DNA of 64,000 nt from Octopus vulgaris (GCA_951406725.2 OX597816.1:85870001-85934000); one strand, 5' to 3'; positions 1 to 13,261 are shown, numbered from the stretch's first letter. Notes: a model not told the origin generated them from the sequence alone. A program made the numbers and translations.

Positions 1-1319
1 TCTTCTGTTTCCACCACCTCTGTCACCCTCAACAAGATTTTGAGACTCCTCATTCAAGCTGTACAGAATTGCTTTTCTTACCTTTTACCAGCATTTCACG
101 CTAAACTGCCCTGAATTGCTATTCTGTTCTCTTCCCCGCACTCAACCACCCATATTCGTCCACTATCTCTTACTGCGCATATTTAGTTCGTCCAGTGCGA
201 TCTTACGAACGACACCCTCATTCATTATAACTCCTTACATTATTGAAGCCCATGTGACTTAATGGTGCATTCATTCCATCCATCTATTTTTCTATTTTAT
301 TTTGGATCCTCTTTTAGTTTTCGGCCCTGTTGTTATACGTAGACTTTTAGTATCAACATCGATTCCCTTGGATGACCCAATTACCATAACGTCCACATTT
401 CAGCCACTCATCATTTCCAGTAAGGGATCGGGAAGAGAGGTTGCAGGGGATGTAAACAAAAAACGGGTTTTTCGGCACATTCGGTGGTCACGGTACTTGA
501 TTCCACGCAAAAAATCCGAAGTTTTCATTGTCTTCCTTAGTGAATCGCATGCGCGTGTACTTCGCAAGATTTACCGAAGTTTGTACTTGGGACGGGGGAG
601 GAGAAAACGTAGTTGGAATGAAAAGAGGAAGAAAATAGAAAACAATACTTTTGGTGGGCTTAAGTGTAGGTGGTATACAATGAAATATTTTCAGGTGATC
701 GGAGGCTTTTATAGCAGTGATACAATTAGGAAATAAGAAACAGTATGTTTGTGATCAAGACGTTGTAATATCGTGGTGAGGGAGTTTGTGGTGGTACAAC
801 TAGATATAAGGGCCTGGGAAAAGGAGGTGCAGGTTCTGCTCAAACAACCTCTAAAATTTTTCAGACGTGCTAACTAGAAATGTGTACCCAATTCATACTT
901 GGCCTAGTTTAGAAAATAGTGTCTAAAAATTGATCTGTATTGCTTGAAAGTTAGGTTTGTACTCAAGACAAGAACACAGGACAAAAATAAATAAATAAAA
1001 AATTCAGAATGTTTACTGATGAAGCTGGTCATAAAATCCCTAAGGGAATTCCCTAGGAAGATTTACAATTGAACTAACAGCATGACAAGCAGTATGGCCA
1101 CTCCTCAAAACTAGCACAGTTGATGACCAATTAAACTGCAGAATGAAAAGACCTTCAATGTCCAGCTATCTACATTATTCATTTTCTCTGAATATTACAA
1201 CTGACCTATCATCAACATCGTCATCATCATCATCATTGCCATAATATTCTACTGTTGCAACCATAACCACTACTACTATCACTCTTTTTTTCTCACCACT
1301 GTCCACTTCCCACACAAGA

Positions 1320-2710
1320 GGTAATAACACTTTGGACCTGCTCTTTACCAGCACTCCTGCAACTGTTGTCTGTGTTACGACGAAAGAACCTCTAGGCGAC
1401 TCCGATCATGTTATGATCGTTGCCAGTCTATCTCTTATAGGCAGAAGCAAGAAGCACCACCACATTCAAGCCACTCACTTTGACTGGAACAAAGCAGACT
1501 GGAACTGTTACCGAAAGGAGTTAAGATGCCCAAACTCGTTTGAATTTTATGATTTAGGGGACGTCAGTACTGTCTTTCCAAATATTCTCAATGCAATCTG
1601 GGCTGCATGTGAAGCTTCAGTACCGCGCAAGCGCTCTAGAAATAAAAACAGTGCAATTTGAAAGACTACAGCAATTCGACTTACCAAGAAATTGCGGGGC
1701 TGAACAGAAATACTGACAGCATAAACCAGATGAGAACAGAAGATGCAACAGATCAACCGACCGTCTCAAGCAAGCCAAAAATGGCAGTGCTTGAGTTTGA
1801 ACGACGTATAGCAACTAGCCCTGACAGCAAAGTGTTCTGGAAATATGTACGTTCGAACAGACCTCATGCCTCAGTTAGCCCTCTTTGCAATCCCCACACA
1901 GGTCGGATCACCGATGACCCCAAGGAATGTGCTGAGCTTATTGCTGAATGCTATGCTGGTATTTTTACTGCTGAAAATCCCAGTTTACCTTCTTCATCAA
2001 CATAAAATTCCGTAGCAACTGTGAAAATCACACCCGCAATATGCGTAACTATACCTCTTCTTGTCCTAATGGCTTTAATTATGTGCGTTTCAAACGTGGT
2101 GGGTTCTTTCTGTTGCACCAGCTTTCTTCCAATTTTTAAAATTCTGCCTTAGCAAATGTGTCACTCCAGAGAAGTGGGAAATTGCCAGTGTCGTTCCTCT
2201 GTTCAAGAAAGGTCAGCCGTACTAGTTGCATCGTCAAACTGACGGAGTCCTGTGTCAGAAAAACATTAGAACTTTTGGAGCTCTCACAGCTTTATTCGAC
2301 TCTCACAATTTCAGCATCGAGTTTCTTAGGGACATCACTCGAGCTAATAAGATAACTTCTGGTGTACCACAGGGGTCTGTTCATGGACCCGAAATGTCTT
2401 TTGCTTATATTAATGATATAGGTGACAATTTGAGGACCGTTACAGTGCTGAAATATGCAGATGACACCAAGGTTTACCTCGAAATAAAAAAGAACAGATC
2501 CTGTGCGCTATAGATCTTACCTGCAATGACATCTGGATACAATGCAGCAACGGATCTCTGACTGGCAACTCACGCTAGCTGTGGCGAAATGCGTCACCAT
2601 GCATTCTGGGTGGAAAAATCCACACTTTACATACTCTCTCAGCAACACCAATCTCAGAGGTCTTCTAGCGGACGAGATCTGGGCATTATTGTAAACAACT
2701 CCGCAAAATT
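1320..2710 (+). mobile_element. Decayed CR1/L2-type LINE ORF2 fragment (end of APE, linker, RT)
   Basis: Broken ORFs read DLLFT..LGDSDH (APE C-terminus), KVFWKYV, SGVPQGSVHGP..YINDI and KYADDTK (RT), RDLGIIV; many stops and frameshifts. Confidence 0.85.
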
Positions 2711-3173
2711 GGCAAAGTCTGGGTTAAAATGTGGTTTCCTTCTATATTTAAATTTACCTCGCCATAAAAAAGAAACCTCTCTTGCTTCTGCGTAAGTATT
2801 ACTCTGGTTTCCCATTTCAAAGTGATAAGATTTACATTGCACTCTTCCTAAAAATGCATTGGATTTTCAATCAGAATCTTTACGAACTCTTTTATCATTG
2901 GATTTGAAATGTCCTTACGTGACACGTCGATTTGTAAACGTTCTATTATTAAATTATTTTATCCCAAGCTTACAGTGAATTAAATGCACTAAATATCAGA
3001 ATAAAGAGTTAATATAATATTGTCAATCCAGACAAAATGCTTTACAAGCTCTCTTTTAATACAAATACACAACGCAAACAGAAATATTAATATGAGTAAA
3101 GAAATCCATTTAATACTAAGTTCAGGTCCGAGGTTGCAGTCCATCACCCGTCAAGTTTGTAAATCCATGGCAA

Positions 3174-3345
3174 TGTATGTATGTATGTATGTATGTATGT
3201 ATGTATGTATGTATGTATGTATGTATGTATGTATGTATGTATGTATGTGTATGTATACACACACATATATATATATATGTATACACACACACATATGTAT
3301 ATGCATGTATGTATGCGTGTATATATGTATGTGTGTATTCATGTA
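3174..3345. repeat. (TATG)n / (TA)n / (CA)n microsatellite
   Basis: Direct reading; source of the MYVC ORFs. Confidence 0.95.
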
Positions 3346-3928
3346 TCTGCGAGAATTATAGTGACTGCCCTATAAGTGCTTAGAAATCTGATATACATGC
3401 AGGAATGAGGTTTATTATACTGTATGTATATTTTACTTTGTTTTATATTCATTCAGCGTCTTTACAGATCTCAAAATTATCCAGTTGTTGCATTATATAT
3501 GTGGCAAGAAGATGTATTGAAAATCAGCTGATGACATCAGTAACCATGCAAAAGTTAATTAATTTGTATTTCTCTGTGTCTCCCTTGCCTGACTGGACAG
3601 GAATTATCATTAAAGCTAATGATTATTCTCTTCATCATGCGTGTAATTTTAATTAATGTTTTCTTTTTTTTCCTGTCTTTCTTTTGCTCATTACATTATA
3701 TATGTGATTTGGCACGTAACTAATATAAATAATGTCTGACATATTTCAAAGTCGAAGCATCTTTTGGTCGATCGACCTGATAAAATTAGCAACTAAATCC
3801 ATCCGAATTTATACAATAACCACCTTAAATTAAGAAGTTAGATAATGTTTCTACACACACACACACAAACAAACACACACACACACACACAAATACACGC
3901 GCGCACACACACACACACACATACATAC

Positions 3929-3961
<33 letters not shown>

Positions 3962-4227
3962 AATATTTGTGATTAAGACAGGATAAGCAAGGCTGAAATT
4001 ATTTCGATGTAGGTTTCATATGCAGGTGTAATCTTGGGCTGAAAAATAAATTATATTTGGAACTTCGAGACTGGACAACGGAGCTGAAGAACTAATGCAT
4101 GAGGAAATTAGATGAAATACAAATATTTGAAAATAAGTTCGAGATCTGAAAAATTTAAGGGAATAATAGAGTATTAAACACACACTCACATACTCACACA
4201 GAGAAACGCACACACAAATATGTATGC

Positions 4228-4271
<44 letters not shown>

Positions 4272-4887
4272 ACACATATATATATATATATAGTGTGTGT
4301 ATATATATTCAGGCCCGTCCAAAATTTTCTGTTATCTATGCATGCGCAAACACACTAAGTACATTCATTGTGATGTAAAACGGAAAGCAAACGATACACA
4401 AGTAAATCAAACACACAAACCATCATATTGGTTATAAATAATGAAATAAATACATACAAAATAAGCGCTCAAATATAAAAAATGGAATGGAGAATATATA
4501 TATATACATATGCTCGCCCACATGTGTATGTGTGTGCACGTGTATGCATGTGTATGTGTGTGTGTGTGTTTGTGTGTGTGTTTGTGTGTGTGTGAGTGTG
4601 TGTGTGTGTATAAAAGTAAGATACAACGATGAAGATGTAGCAAGTTATAAGGCTTCGAACAGTTTGTAGAAGGTATAAAAGAAAACTTCCACGGAAAATA
4701 GCGGTTTACTTACGTAGAATGTCGTAAATGTTTTCCATATAGAAGATGGAGTTATAATTCACAGTTAGCATTAAGGGTTGCTGTGTTTGCGAATAAAAAT
4801 CCAAATTTAAGGAATGGACTAGAAAAATACAGGCTACATACGTTTCAAAGCTAGCAAAACTCAGTAGTAGTAGTAATTATCCAAACG

Positions 4888-4976
4888 AGGGGCCTGACGA
4901 GTAGTTACCGGATTACACCATGTTGGTGTCGTTAATACTTTTGATATTTGATAGCTTTCAAACATATGTAGACTCG
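4888..4976 (+). ncRNA. Decayed hammerhead ribozyme motif (Penelope pLTR remnant)
   Basis: CTGACGA 4894-4900, long helix II, then cAAA-CATATG-TA (G12 lost; palindromic ACATATGT helix III); partial helix I gggc/gactc; (TA)n follows. Confidence 0.4.
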
Positions 4977-5002
4977 ATTTTACCTACTCCATTCCCTAAA
5001 TT

Positions 5003-5050
<48 letters not shown>

Positions 5051-5178
5051 ATTATATTATATTTAGTCTTGTCTGTGTGTATGCGTGTATGTCTATGTGT
5101 GTGTGTGTCATAGATAGGTATGTAGGAAAGAAATGCGATGGCAAAAGTATAAACGATCATCTGTTAAACTCCATCATA

Positions 5179-5257
5179 TCTTACAGCCGTTTCTGGTACG
5201 AGACGCAGTGGACTTATAGTCAAATACGCGAGTGACACCTTATAGCTTCATCGGAGC
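5179..5257 (-). ncRNA. Decayed hammerhead motif with long helix II
   Basis: Minus strand: CT-CCGATGA-A..long insert..GAAA-CGGCTG-TA-AG; the GAAACGGCYGTAAGA end is shared with the motif at 18.6 kb. Confidence 0.45.
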
Positions 5258-6087
5258 CTCAAACTACTTGTATACATATCTTTCTATTTTGTTTTTGGTT
5301 TGAACGATGACTTTAATATCGTTGCATTAGGCAATATGTTCTCCAGTAGCCTATAACACATTTGAAAATTATTGCTCAGTTATGTTGTACGTCACTCATT
5401 TTAAATATCAACTGTAATGCTAAACGCTGTTTCACATTATTATTCGATTTCTTATTCCGCGTTACAGGCCTCTCTACAAGATAACTTTAATTTCCTGTCA
5501 TCGAAATATATAAATCTTTTATATTTTTTTCAAATGGTCACGTAGGAATGCAACATTTCAAACAATAGTGCAAGATATTACAGGGCCATTGAAAGTATTA
5601 GGTATATTCTAATTATACAGATTTTGTTTCATTAAGTATCTACATGTTCTGGAGGAGAAATCTTATAAATTTTAATTTTTCTTATTCTTTGTTTTCGAAA
5701 AATAAAAACATATATTGTTTAACGAAATATACAGAAATTACATGCACTTTGTAAGATTCAACATATAATTTTTATATCAATCCATTCAGACTTATGTTCA
5801 AGTGTTTAACTGTAATAACATAATAATATATTGTAATATTTCATGATTTTATGATTTGTAAATTCAAGCCCAAATATCATATGCTTCCATATTTTATGAC
5901 ATATAATAACAGTTCATAGTTTTTCCTTCTTCATAAATTTCGTTTGTCGAGACAACATTTTCGTAATCATATTTGATTAAATTATTTGTGTCACCCTAAA
6001 TTCCAGAGTCATAACATATTACCTCCTTGTTCTTCCGAGGAGAAACTAAATCTTATAAATTTGTGAGCAATGAAGTTTGACTTTGAT

Positions 6088-6276
6088 TATTTACGTTATT
6101 TACATCGCTTACATTATTTACATTTGACGGATATTTGTCCTCATCTTGATTGTTGTTAACACAATGTTTCGGCTGATATACCTTCCAGCCTTCATCAGGT
6201 GTCTTGGAGAAATTTCGAACCTTTGTTCTCATTCCTAATGTACATTTCGATGTTATTATTATTATTGTTGTTGTTG

Positions 6277-6329
<53 letters not shown>

Positions 6330-6330
6330 G
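6088..6330 (-). mobile_element. Hammerhead-containing repeat unit with (AAT)n leader; inverted copy of 6977-7215
   Basis: Reverse complement aligns by eye to 7050-7200 (..ggttcgaaatttctccaagacacctgatgaaggctgg..gaggacaaatatccgt..tgtaaataatgta). Confidence 0.85.
6158..6203 (-). ncRNA. Minimal type-I hammerhead ribozyme
   Basis: GACAC-CTGATGA-A-GGCTG(gaaggtatat)CAGCC-GAAA-CA-TT-GTGTT; helix III ACAT has lost the ACGT palindrome. Confidence 0.75.
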
Positions 6331-6897
6331 CCTTTGCACAGCTTCTAATGTATGTCAGTGTCAGCCTTTCACTACCAGTGAACTAAGGTAACACCTCTTA
6401 TTTTTCGAGCACCTTCCGGAGTTTTCGAGCGGTTCCATACAGTGCTGTTTTCTGCAAGTGCTCCACCCTTATTGCAGCCCCTATTTGTTCCACGTACTTC
6501 TCGAGACTTTTGCTTACTATTGCCAGGGCTCCGAAAATTATTGGTACTACCGCTATCTTTTTCATCGACCACAACTGCTAACCTATCATATCTCTCGACT
6601 TTTCTTTCTTCCTTATCGTATACCTTGTTGTCAGCTGGGCATGCTATGTCTATGATCCAGCATAGTTTGTTTTCTTTCTGAATTAAGACTGTGTCAGGTT
6701 TCCTATACTCTATCTCATGGACGCACTGAATCATAAAATCCCATAGGATCTTTGACTTTCTGTTTTCAACGACGCCTTCAGGTTTGTGGTCGTACTAACT
6801 TTTTGCTCTGTCAAGTACGTACTTGTTGCAAAGTGCACAATGGACAAGTCTGCCTATATTGTCGTGGCGTCTCTTATATTCTTTCTGGGCTAGTGGG
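6330..6897 (-). mobile_element. R4/Dong-type RLE non-LTR retrotransposon, 3' fragment
   Basis: Minus strand PLAQKEYKRRHDN..KPEGVVEN..ILWDF..RKPD..IIDIACP..K.ERY (RHD and PD-(D/E)xK endonuclease); 3' end runs into (TAA)n. Confidence 0.85.
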
Positions 6898-6972
6898 CCA
6901 CGGGCATGTGGCGTAGTGTTTAAGAGCGCTGGTTACTAACTCTAAGATTCCGAGTTCGATTCCAGGCAGTGA

Positions 6973-7042
<70 letters not shown>

Positions 7043-7215
7043 CACAACAACAGCATCGAAAGATACCTTAGGAATGAGAACCCGGGTTCGAAATTTCTCC
7101 AAGACACCTGATGAAGGCTGGAGGGTATATCAGCCGAAACGTTGTGTTAACAACAAACAAAATGAGGACAAATATCCGTTGAATGTAAATAATGTAAATA
7201 ATATACATAATTCTT
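6898..7215 (+). mobile_element. tRNA-derived SINE: Pol III head + (AAT)n + hammerhead-containing 3' part
   Basis: A box TGGCGTAGTGT 6909-6919, B box GAGTTCGATTCC 6952-6963, (AAT)n 6977-7041, hammerhead unit; the head's 3' end recurs on the minus strand at ~29075-29104. Confidence 0.7.
7103..7148 (+). ncRNA. Minimal type-I hammerhead ribozyme, intact core
   Basis: GACAC-CTGATGA-A-GGCTG(gagggtatat)CAGCC-GAAA-CG-TT-GTGTT; helix I ACAC/GUGU; palindromic ACGU helix III. Confidence 0.85.
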
Positions 7216-8334
7216 CATCTCTTTAATATTGAACTGTTAAAATTTCATATTTCTTACTTTGACTGTGTAGTTCTTGAGCAGACTTGGTCATAGTCTATAC
7301 AGTAATCACCATTCATGAAGTTTAGAAATATATTCAGGATCATATTAACAAAAGATAAAAATATTCTAATTCTTTTTTTACACGAGTAAATAGTAAGACA
7401 TTGTATTGTGCGATGGAATATAGACATGGTTAGAGGCTTTCAAGACGTAATAATCACAATATATTTCCATATATAGTGTAACATTAACACTACTCGATTC
7501 CGTGTTTCTTTGTTTACTGAAGGCTCCCGGGATTCTTTTGCGTAAGATTTTCTGCTGTTTCTAGTAATTTGAGTGACAACATAGAGTTGCTTTTCGTTGT
7601 CGATAGAGAATGACCAGTCCTACATTTAATTTGTAATTGATAATCTATGTCAATATTTCTTGAGACCGCCAGTAAACTTACCTATCGGTTAAAATAGCAC
7701 TCATAGCAACGAAGAAAATTTACTACATCCTAGAACGCCATACTGAACTTTGATTCTTGTTACGGTTTGTAATTGTGTACCACTCTTTCTCCACGTTAGA
7801 TTCATTCAATTTAACATAGGTTTTATATGTCTACAATGCATAATGCATAGACTTCTCACAAGTATATTGAGCGTTTTGCATATTACAAGTTTAAATAATG
7901 AAATTAAACTTTCGTTGCATATGAATCTTTATCAATCATGTATAGATGTAAGAAATTGAAATGTGCTCCTACTATCCACGACATATTATACGATACCATT
8001 ATTCATTCCATATGTATAATAATTCATAAGTAATTTCTAAACTTCTTGAGGCCAGTTTAATGTTCTGCCCCTCCGTGTTCAAAATCGAATCGCTTATTGA
8101 AACAGTTGAATAAATATTTCACTATTCTTCTATCTTTAATGTCATATTCAATATCAGCTTAGCTGAAATACATTCTTCATCAACAACTGTAACAAATAGC
8201 ATAGTGAATATCACGAAAGCGATCACTCTCTCTCTCACAAACTCTCACTCTTACACTTTCTCTCCATCGTATACGCCGTCATTGCCAACATCCCCATCAA
8301 GCTTCTTCTGCTCAGCAGTTTGGATACTATGAAT

Positions 8335-8865
8335 CACCACTTCGATCATCCGTGTGCTGCCCTTATAACATTCAATGCATTTTACGTCTCTCCAATTCTT
8401 GAATATAATCCATCTACGTAATTATTGGTTTTCACCTTACTCTATTCCCATTTATTTTGCTGTCTATTAACAATCTCTGTAAACAATTTTTGTTTCTAAT
8501 TAACTGCCAAAAGTATTTTAGTTTCCTTCCTTTGATGGTGTCTAATAAAATATTCTTGGCTGTGTGTTCTTAGTTGCGTCATTCTCAATGTTTCAATATT
8601 TGTTATGTGTTCTGTCCAAAAGCCTTCTAATCTATTTCGTTATACTTTTGTTAATATCCAGATGAAGCTCCATATAGTTAAGTGGCACATACATAATATT
8701 TCAGTGAACTTTTTACAAGGTTTGATATTGATGTTTCTTGATGTGAGAGTGTGAGACTTTTTTTCAGCTGACACTCTAGCTATCTCTGTCCTCCGTTTGA
8801 TTTCTATCTGCAAATAACGCATTAATTCTTTCCAGTTGATGTTGGAATATGGAGCCAACAGAACT
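8335..8865 (-). mobile_element. Decayed RTE-clade LINE 3' fragment
   Basis: Minus strand EIKRRTEIAR and LKYYVC..YGASSW resemble RTE post-RT motifs (EIKRRI.IA; LKCYV..LLYG.E.W). Confidence 0.6.
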
Positions 8866-9372
8866 GTATTTAAGTGGATATATAAAAGCTCTGCATTTTG
8901 TTACCATTTAGTAGCAAACCATAATTTTATGTTCATTAGCTATGAAACATCTATAGAGCTTACATACGTTAACATTTGGAAAAGATGTGATATATAATAT
9001 CAGACGAGAGTATCCATCTAATCCTTGTATGGAACACCACTCAGATGCAAGCGTAACAAAATGACGCCATAATGAAATCTAATGTATTGCGTACTCTTCA
9101 ATATTCAACTGCGACACGCGTTAAGGCGTTTCGTATTTTATAATATTTGTTCTAAAATGCCTTCGACTAGTAAAATAACTCCGTCAATGTCAAATTTGTT
9201 CCCACTCTCGGTGGCATCGGTTACAGCGGACAATATTTGGTGTGACATCATTCTCTCCGTCCCCCTCATTTTCCGTTTATCCTTCCGTTCTTATCGCGTC
9301 ACAAGTTAGAATATATAGGGTGATGGAGTGAGAACGGTGTTAAAAATAAAGGTATATAGGTAAGAGGAAGCA

Positions 9373-9406
<34 letters not shown>

Positions 9407-9595
9407 TGAGTGTATTTTACCTTGTTAACAATTAACACGGATAAATCAATGAATAGTTACCAGGGCAGCAAAAATCTCACAAGTAAAGATGTTGTAACTC
9501 CTTGTTTATAAAGGTTGAAACTTCGTGTTTACGTTGAATATTTGAATAATAGGAATAAAAAATGGAGTCAACGCAGGTTTAAACAAGTATTTTTT

Positions 9596-9679
9596 CTTTC
9601 TACATATGTTTCAAAATTCCACTGATACTTATTCAAAAGAATAAAAGGTATAAACAATGCAATCTTCTCTTCGGGAAAG
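9596..9679 (-). ncRNA. Hammerhead (U4C core, long helix II) in the inverted pLTR
   Basis: Reverse-complement copy of 13135-13219. Confidence 0.7.
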
Positions 9680-9880
9680 TGAAAAAACGAAACTTGTCAA
9701 TACGACATTTTAGCAAAAAATGATGGATTCGTATAGCGATAGACAAAACGCTATTAATATTGCTTAAAACAACGTTATATGATATAACGTCATAAGTAGC
9801 TAACAGAAAGAGTAGGGATATTAATAGTGAATGTTAAATATAAAGGAAATTAAAGTCTAAACTATATATAATAATAGAGA

Positions 9881-10420
9881 CTACTTATATGCACTAAAAG
9901 TATGTTTTTGCCAATGCTTACATCTGTATGCTCGTTCTATAACCGTGTTTACTAGAGTATTTTTAGAAAAAATAATGAAAAATAGCTCAGAATTGCAGAG
10001 AAGACAGAATTTCTTGCCTTTGTCATATGGTATCGAAATTGAGAGGATCAACCATTCCAAATGAAATTGTTCATTGTGGTCTTTTAAATTCCAAATCAGT
10101 TTGCTGAGACCGGTACTATTCCGTTTATTTCTATCCCTAAATGTTGAGTAATGGATAGAAATTCTCTTAGATAACTCTAACGATGTGCTTCCAATGTAAA
10201 ATCGTACTTTATTACGAGTACTGATTATACACTGGTATATAGAATTTTTAATCTTAGAGTTACTTGACATAAATTTAATTCTATTGGGATTGACTTCAGA
10301 TACAATAACCTTGTTATTAATATTTCTAGAGGGTTGGATGTTAGTAGCTAAATTAATGTTAGTATTAGTAAATGTATTAATATTTAACAGTTTGTTATTA
10401 TGAGAAGATATAATTTGCAA
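9881..10420 (-). pseudogene. Inverted duplicate of the Naiad-type GIY-YIG endonuclease C-terminus
   Basis: Translation matches the last 179 aa of ORF 11752-12933. Confidence 0.9.
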
Positions 10421-11121
10421 GATATTTTTTGTGTTTGAAAACCTATCCTAACCTTATGTGAATTAATTATAGAGTAATATCTAGAATTATTTGGAAATTC
10501 CTAGCAATAGCTTGACGAAACAGCAGTAAGGAGATTATATTTAATTTGTCTACCCGTAAGGAATTATTAACCAAATATTTTTACTAGTATTAATAGCGTA
10601 ATTACTTTTGAAGGTGTTATATTTACTTTTAAATCGGTAATATTGAATTTACATTAGATGAGCAGAATCAATGAAATATTTCTGTAAATTAAGGCAGAGT
10701 TAAGATCTTTGGCTGCCAACACAACATTAATTTTTCTCGGGTGAGACCAGCTTTGTTATGAGCAAGCCAAAGTGCCTTATTAAGTAATATTGGATTAATA
10801 GACGAATAAAAATTGGAAATATCAAACTGGATAAACTTCGTACTCACCTTACTGTTAATAGACCTAAACCAGTCAACTACGTCAAATAAATTAGTCCATA
10901 AACTAAGTTTTAATGTTTTGATTAGATTAGGAATATATTTATCTAGTATATTTTTACTAAGTGATACCGATGTCAGAGCTGGAAGGGCAGATAAGCCTTA
11001 ATGATGGGTTAGTAAAAAAATTTGGTTTGTGATCCTTCAAAATAAACCTAGGTTGCTTAGGAACAAGTGGTTCTGTCTTCATTTGTAGGTTATATTTCTC
11101 CATGATTTTCATAGCCTACAA

Positions 11122-12933
11122 ATGAAGACAGAACCACTTGTTCCTAAGCAACCTAGGTTTATTTTGAAGGATCACAAACCAAATATTTTTACTAACCCAT
11201 CATTAAGGCTTATCTGCCCTTCCAGCTCTGACATCGGTATCCTTAGTAAAAATATACTAGATAAATATATTCCTAATCTAATCAAAACATTAAAACTTAG
11301 TTTATGGACTAATTTATTTGACGTAGTTGACTGGTTTAGGTCTATTAACAGTAAGGTGAGTACGAAGTTTATCCAGTTTGATATTTCCAATTTTTATTCG
11401 TCTATTAATCCAATATTACTTAATAAGGCACTTTGGCTTGCTCATAACAAAGCTGGTCTCACCCGAGAAGAAATTAATGTTGTGTTGGCAGCCAGAAGAT
11501 CTATTATTAAATTTGATGATAAGTTGTGGGTCCGTAAAGACACACCAGATAGTTTCGATATACCTATGGGAAGTTCTGATTCAGCACAGATAGCTGATTT
11601 GGTCTGTATATATATTCTTTTTGAAATGGCTGAAGAGTTCCCTAACATTTATGGAGGTCTATATCGTGATGATTGTTTACTCTAGCTCCAAAATATTTCT
11701 AACCAAAAGGTACAAAAAGTTAAGAATAGTTTAGTTAAGTTTTTCAGTAGAATGGGCTTAAAAATCGTTTTTGATGACGATCTGACGAAGGCCAACTTTT
11801 TAGATATTACGCTTAATTTACACAGTGACTCTTACTTCCCATATCATAAACCGTTGACCAATCTTAAGTACATTAGCAAATTTAGTAATCATCCTGGAGC
11901 AATTACTAAGAATTTAGTTAAGAATATTTCATTTAGATTATCTAAATTATCTGCTAATGTTGATATTTTCAATAATAACGCTGAATTCTATAACTCTGCC
12001 TTAATCAAAGCAGGTTATACAGAAAATATTTTCTACATTGATTCTGCTCAGTCTAATGGTAAATTCAATAATGTAGATAAGATTTCTAGTCGTAAAAGAA
12101 TTATTGATAACAAACATAACTTACGCACCGATACAAAGCGAATGAAGGCAGATAACCCTTATTTATTCCCCTATTACCGATTTAAAAGTAAATATAACAC
12201 CTTCAAAAGTAATTACGCTATTAATACTAGTAAAAATATTTGGTTAATAATTCCTTACGGGAGACAAATTAAATATAATCTCCCACTGCTGTTTCGTCAA
12301 GCTATTGCTAGGAATTTTCCAAATAATTCTAGATATTACTCTATAATTAATTCACATAAGGTTAGGATATGTTTTTCAAACACAAAAAATATCTTGCAAA
12401 TTATATCTTCTCATAATAACAAACTGTTAAATATTAATACATTTACTAATACTAACATTAATTTAGCTACTAACATCCAACCCTCTAGAAATATTAATAA
12501 CAAGGTTATTGTATCTGAAGTCAATCCCAATAGAATTAAATTTATGTCAAGTAACTCTAAGATTAAAAATTCTATATACCAGTGTATAATCAGTACTCGT
12601 AATAAAGTACGATTTTACATTGGAAGCACATCGTTAGAGTTATCTAAGAGAATTTCTATCCATTACTCAACATTTAGGGATAGAAATAAACGGAATAGTA
12701 CCGGTCTCAGCAAACTGATCTGGAATTTAAAAGACCACAATGAACAATTTCATTTGGAATGGTTGATCCTCTCAATTTCGATACCATATGACAAAGGCAA
12801 GAAATTCTGTCTTCTCTGCAATTCTGAGCTATTTTTCATAATTTTTTCTAAAAATACTCTAGTAAACACGGTTATAGAACGAGCATACAGATGTAAGCAT
12901 TGGCAAAAACATACTTTTAGTGCATATAAGTAG
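11122..12933 (+). pseudogene. Penelope-like RT + C-terminal GIY-YIG ORF interrupted by one in-frame TAG (11683-11685)
   Basis: LKDHK..RLICP, QFDISNFYSSI, PMGS, GLYRDD, NFLD (RT); IYQC..FYIGST..KR..H, CLLC..E, N..E..CKH (Naiad-type GIY-YIG); the two ORFs are in the same frame (66 nt apart). Confidence 0.9.
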
Positions 12934-13134
12934 TCTCTATTATTATATATAGTTTAGACTTTAATTTCCTTTATATTTAACATTCACTATTAATATCCCT
13001 ACTCTTTCTGTTAGCTACTTATGACGTTATATCATATAACGTTTTTAGAAGCAATATTAATAGCGTTCTGTCTATCGCTATACGAATCCATCATTTTTTG
13101 CTAAAATGTCGTATTGACAAGTTTCGTTTTTTCA

Positions 13135-13219
13135 CTTTCCCGAAGAGAAGATTGCATTGTTTATACCTTTTATTCTTTTGAATAAGTATCAGTGGAATTT
13201 TTGAAACATATGTAGAAAG
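13135..13219 (+). ncRNA. Hammerhead ribozyme variant in the 3' pLTR (CCGAAGA core, long helix II)
   Basis: CTTTC-CCGAAGA-[GAAGATT..CATTG..ATAC..TTATTC tttt GAATAA..GTAT CAGTG..AATTTTT]-GAAA-CATATG-TA-GAAAG. Confidence 0.72.
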
Positions 13220-13261
13220 AAAAAATACTTGTTTAAACCTGCGTTGACTCCATTTTTTATT

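Noticed and set aside
302-736. 144-aa ORF
   Set aside because: TTG start, no recognisable motifs; likely chance or decayed repeat
6898-6976. Genuine tRNA gene
   Set aside because: A and B boxes are present but the acceptor stem is poor, there is no T-run terminator, and it is fused to repeats; treated as a SINE head
11683-13130. Selenocysteine recoding/SECIS in the Naiad-type element (some Naiads are reported to encode selenoproteins)
   Set aside because: The in-frame stop is TAG, not TGA. The ATGA-led hairpin at ~13021 lacks the opposing GA of a SECIS quartet. A nonsense mutation is the simplest reading.
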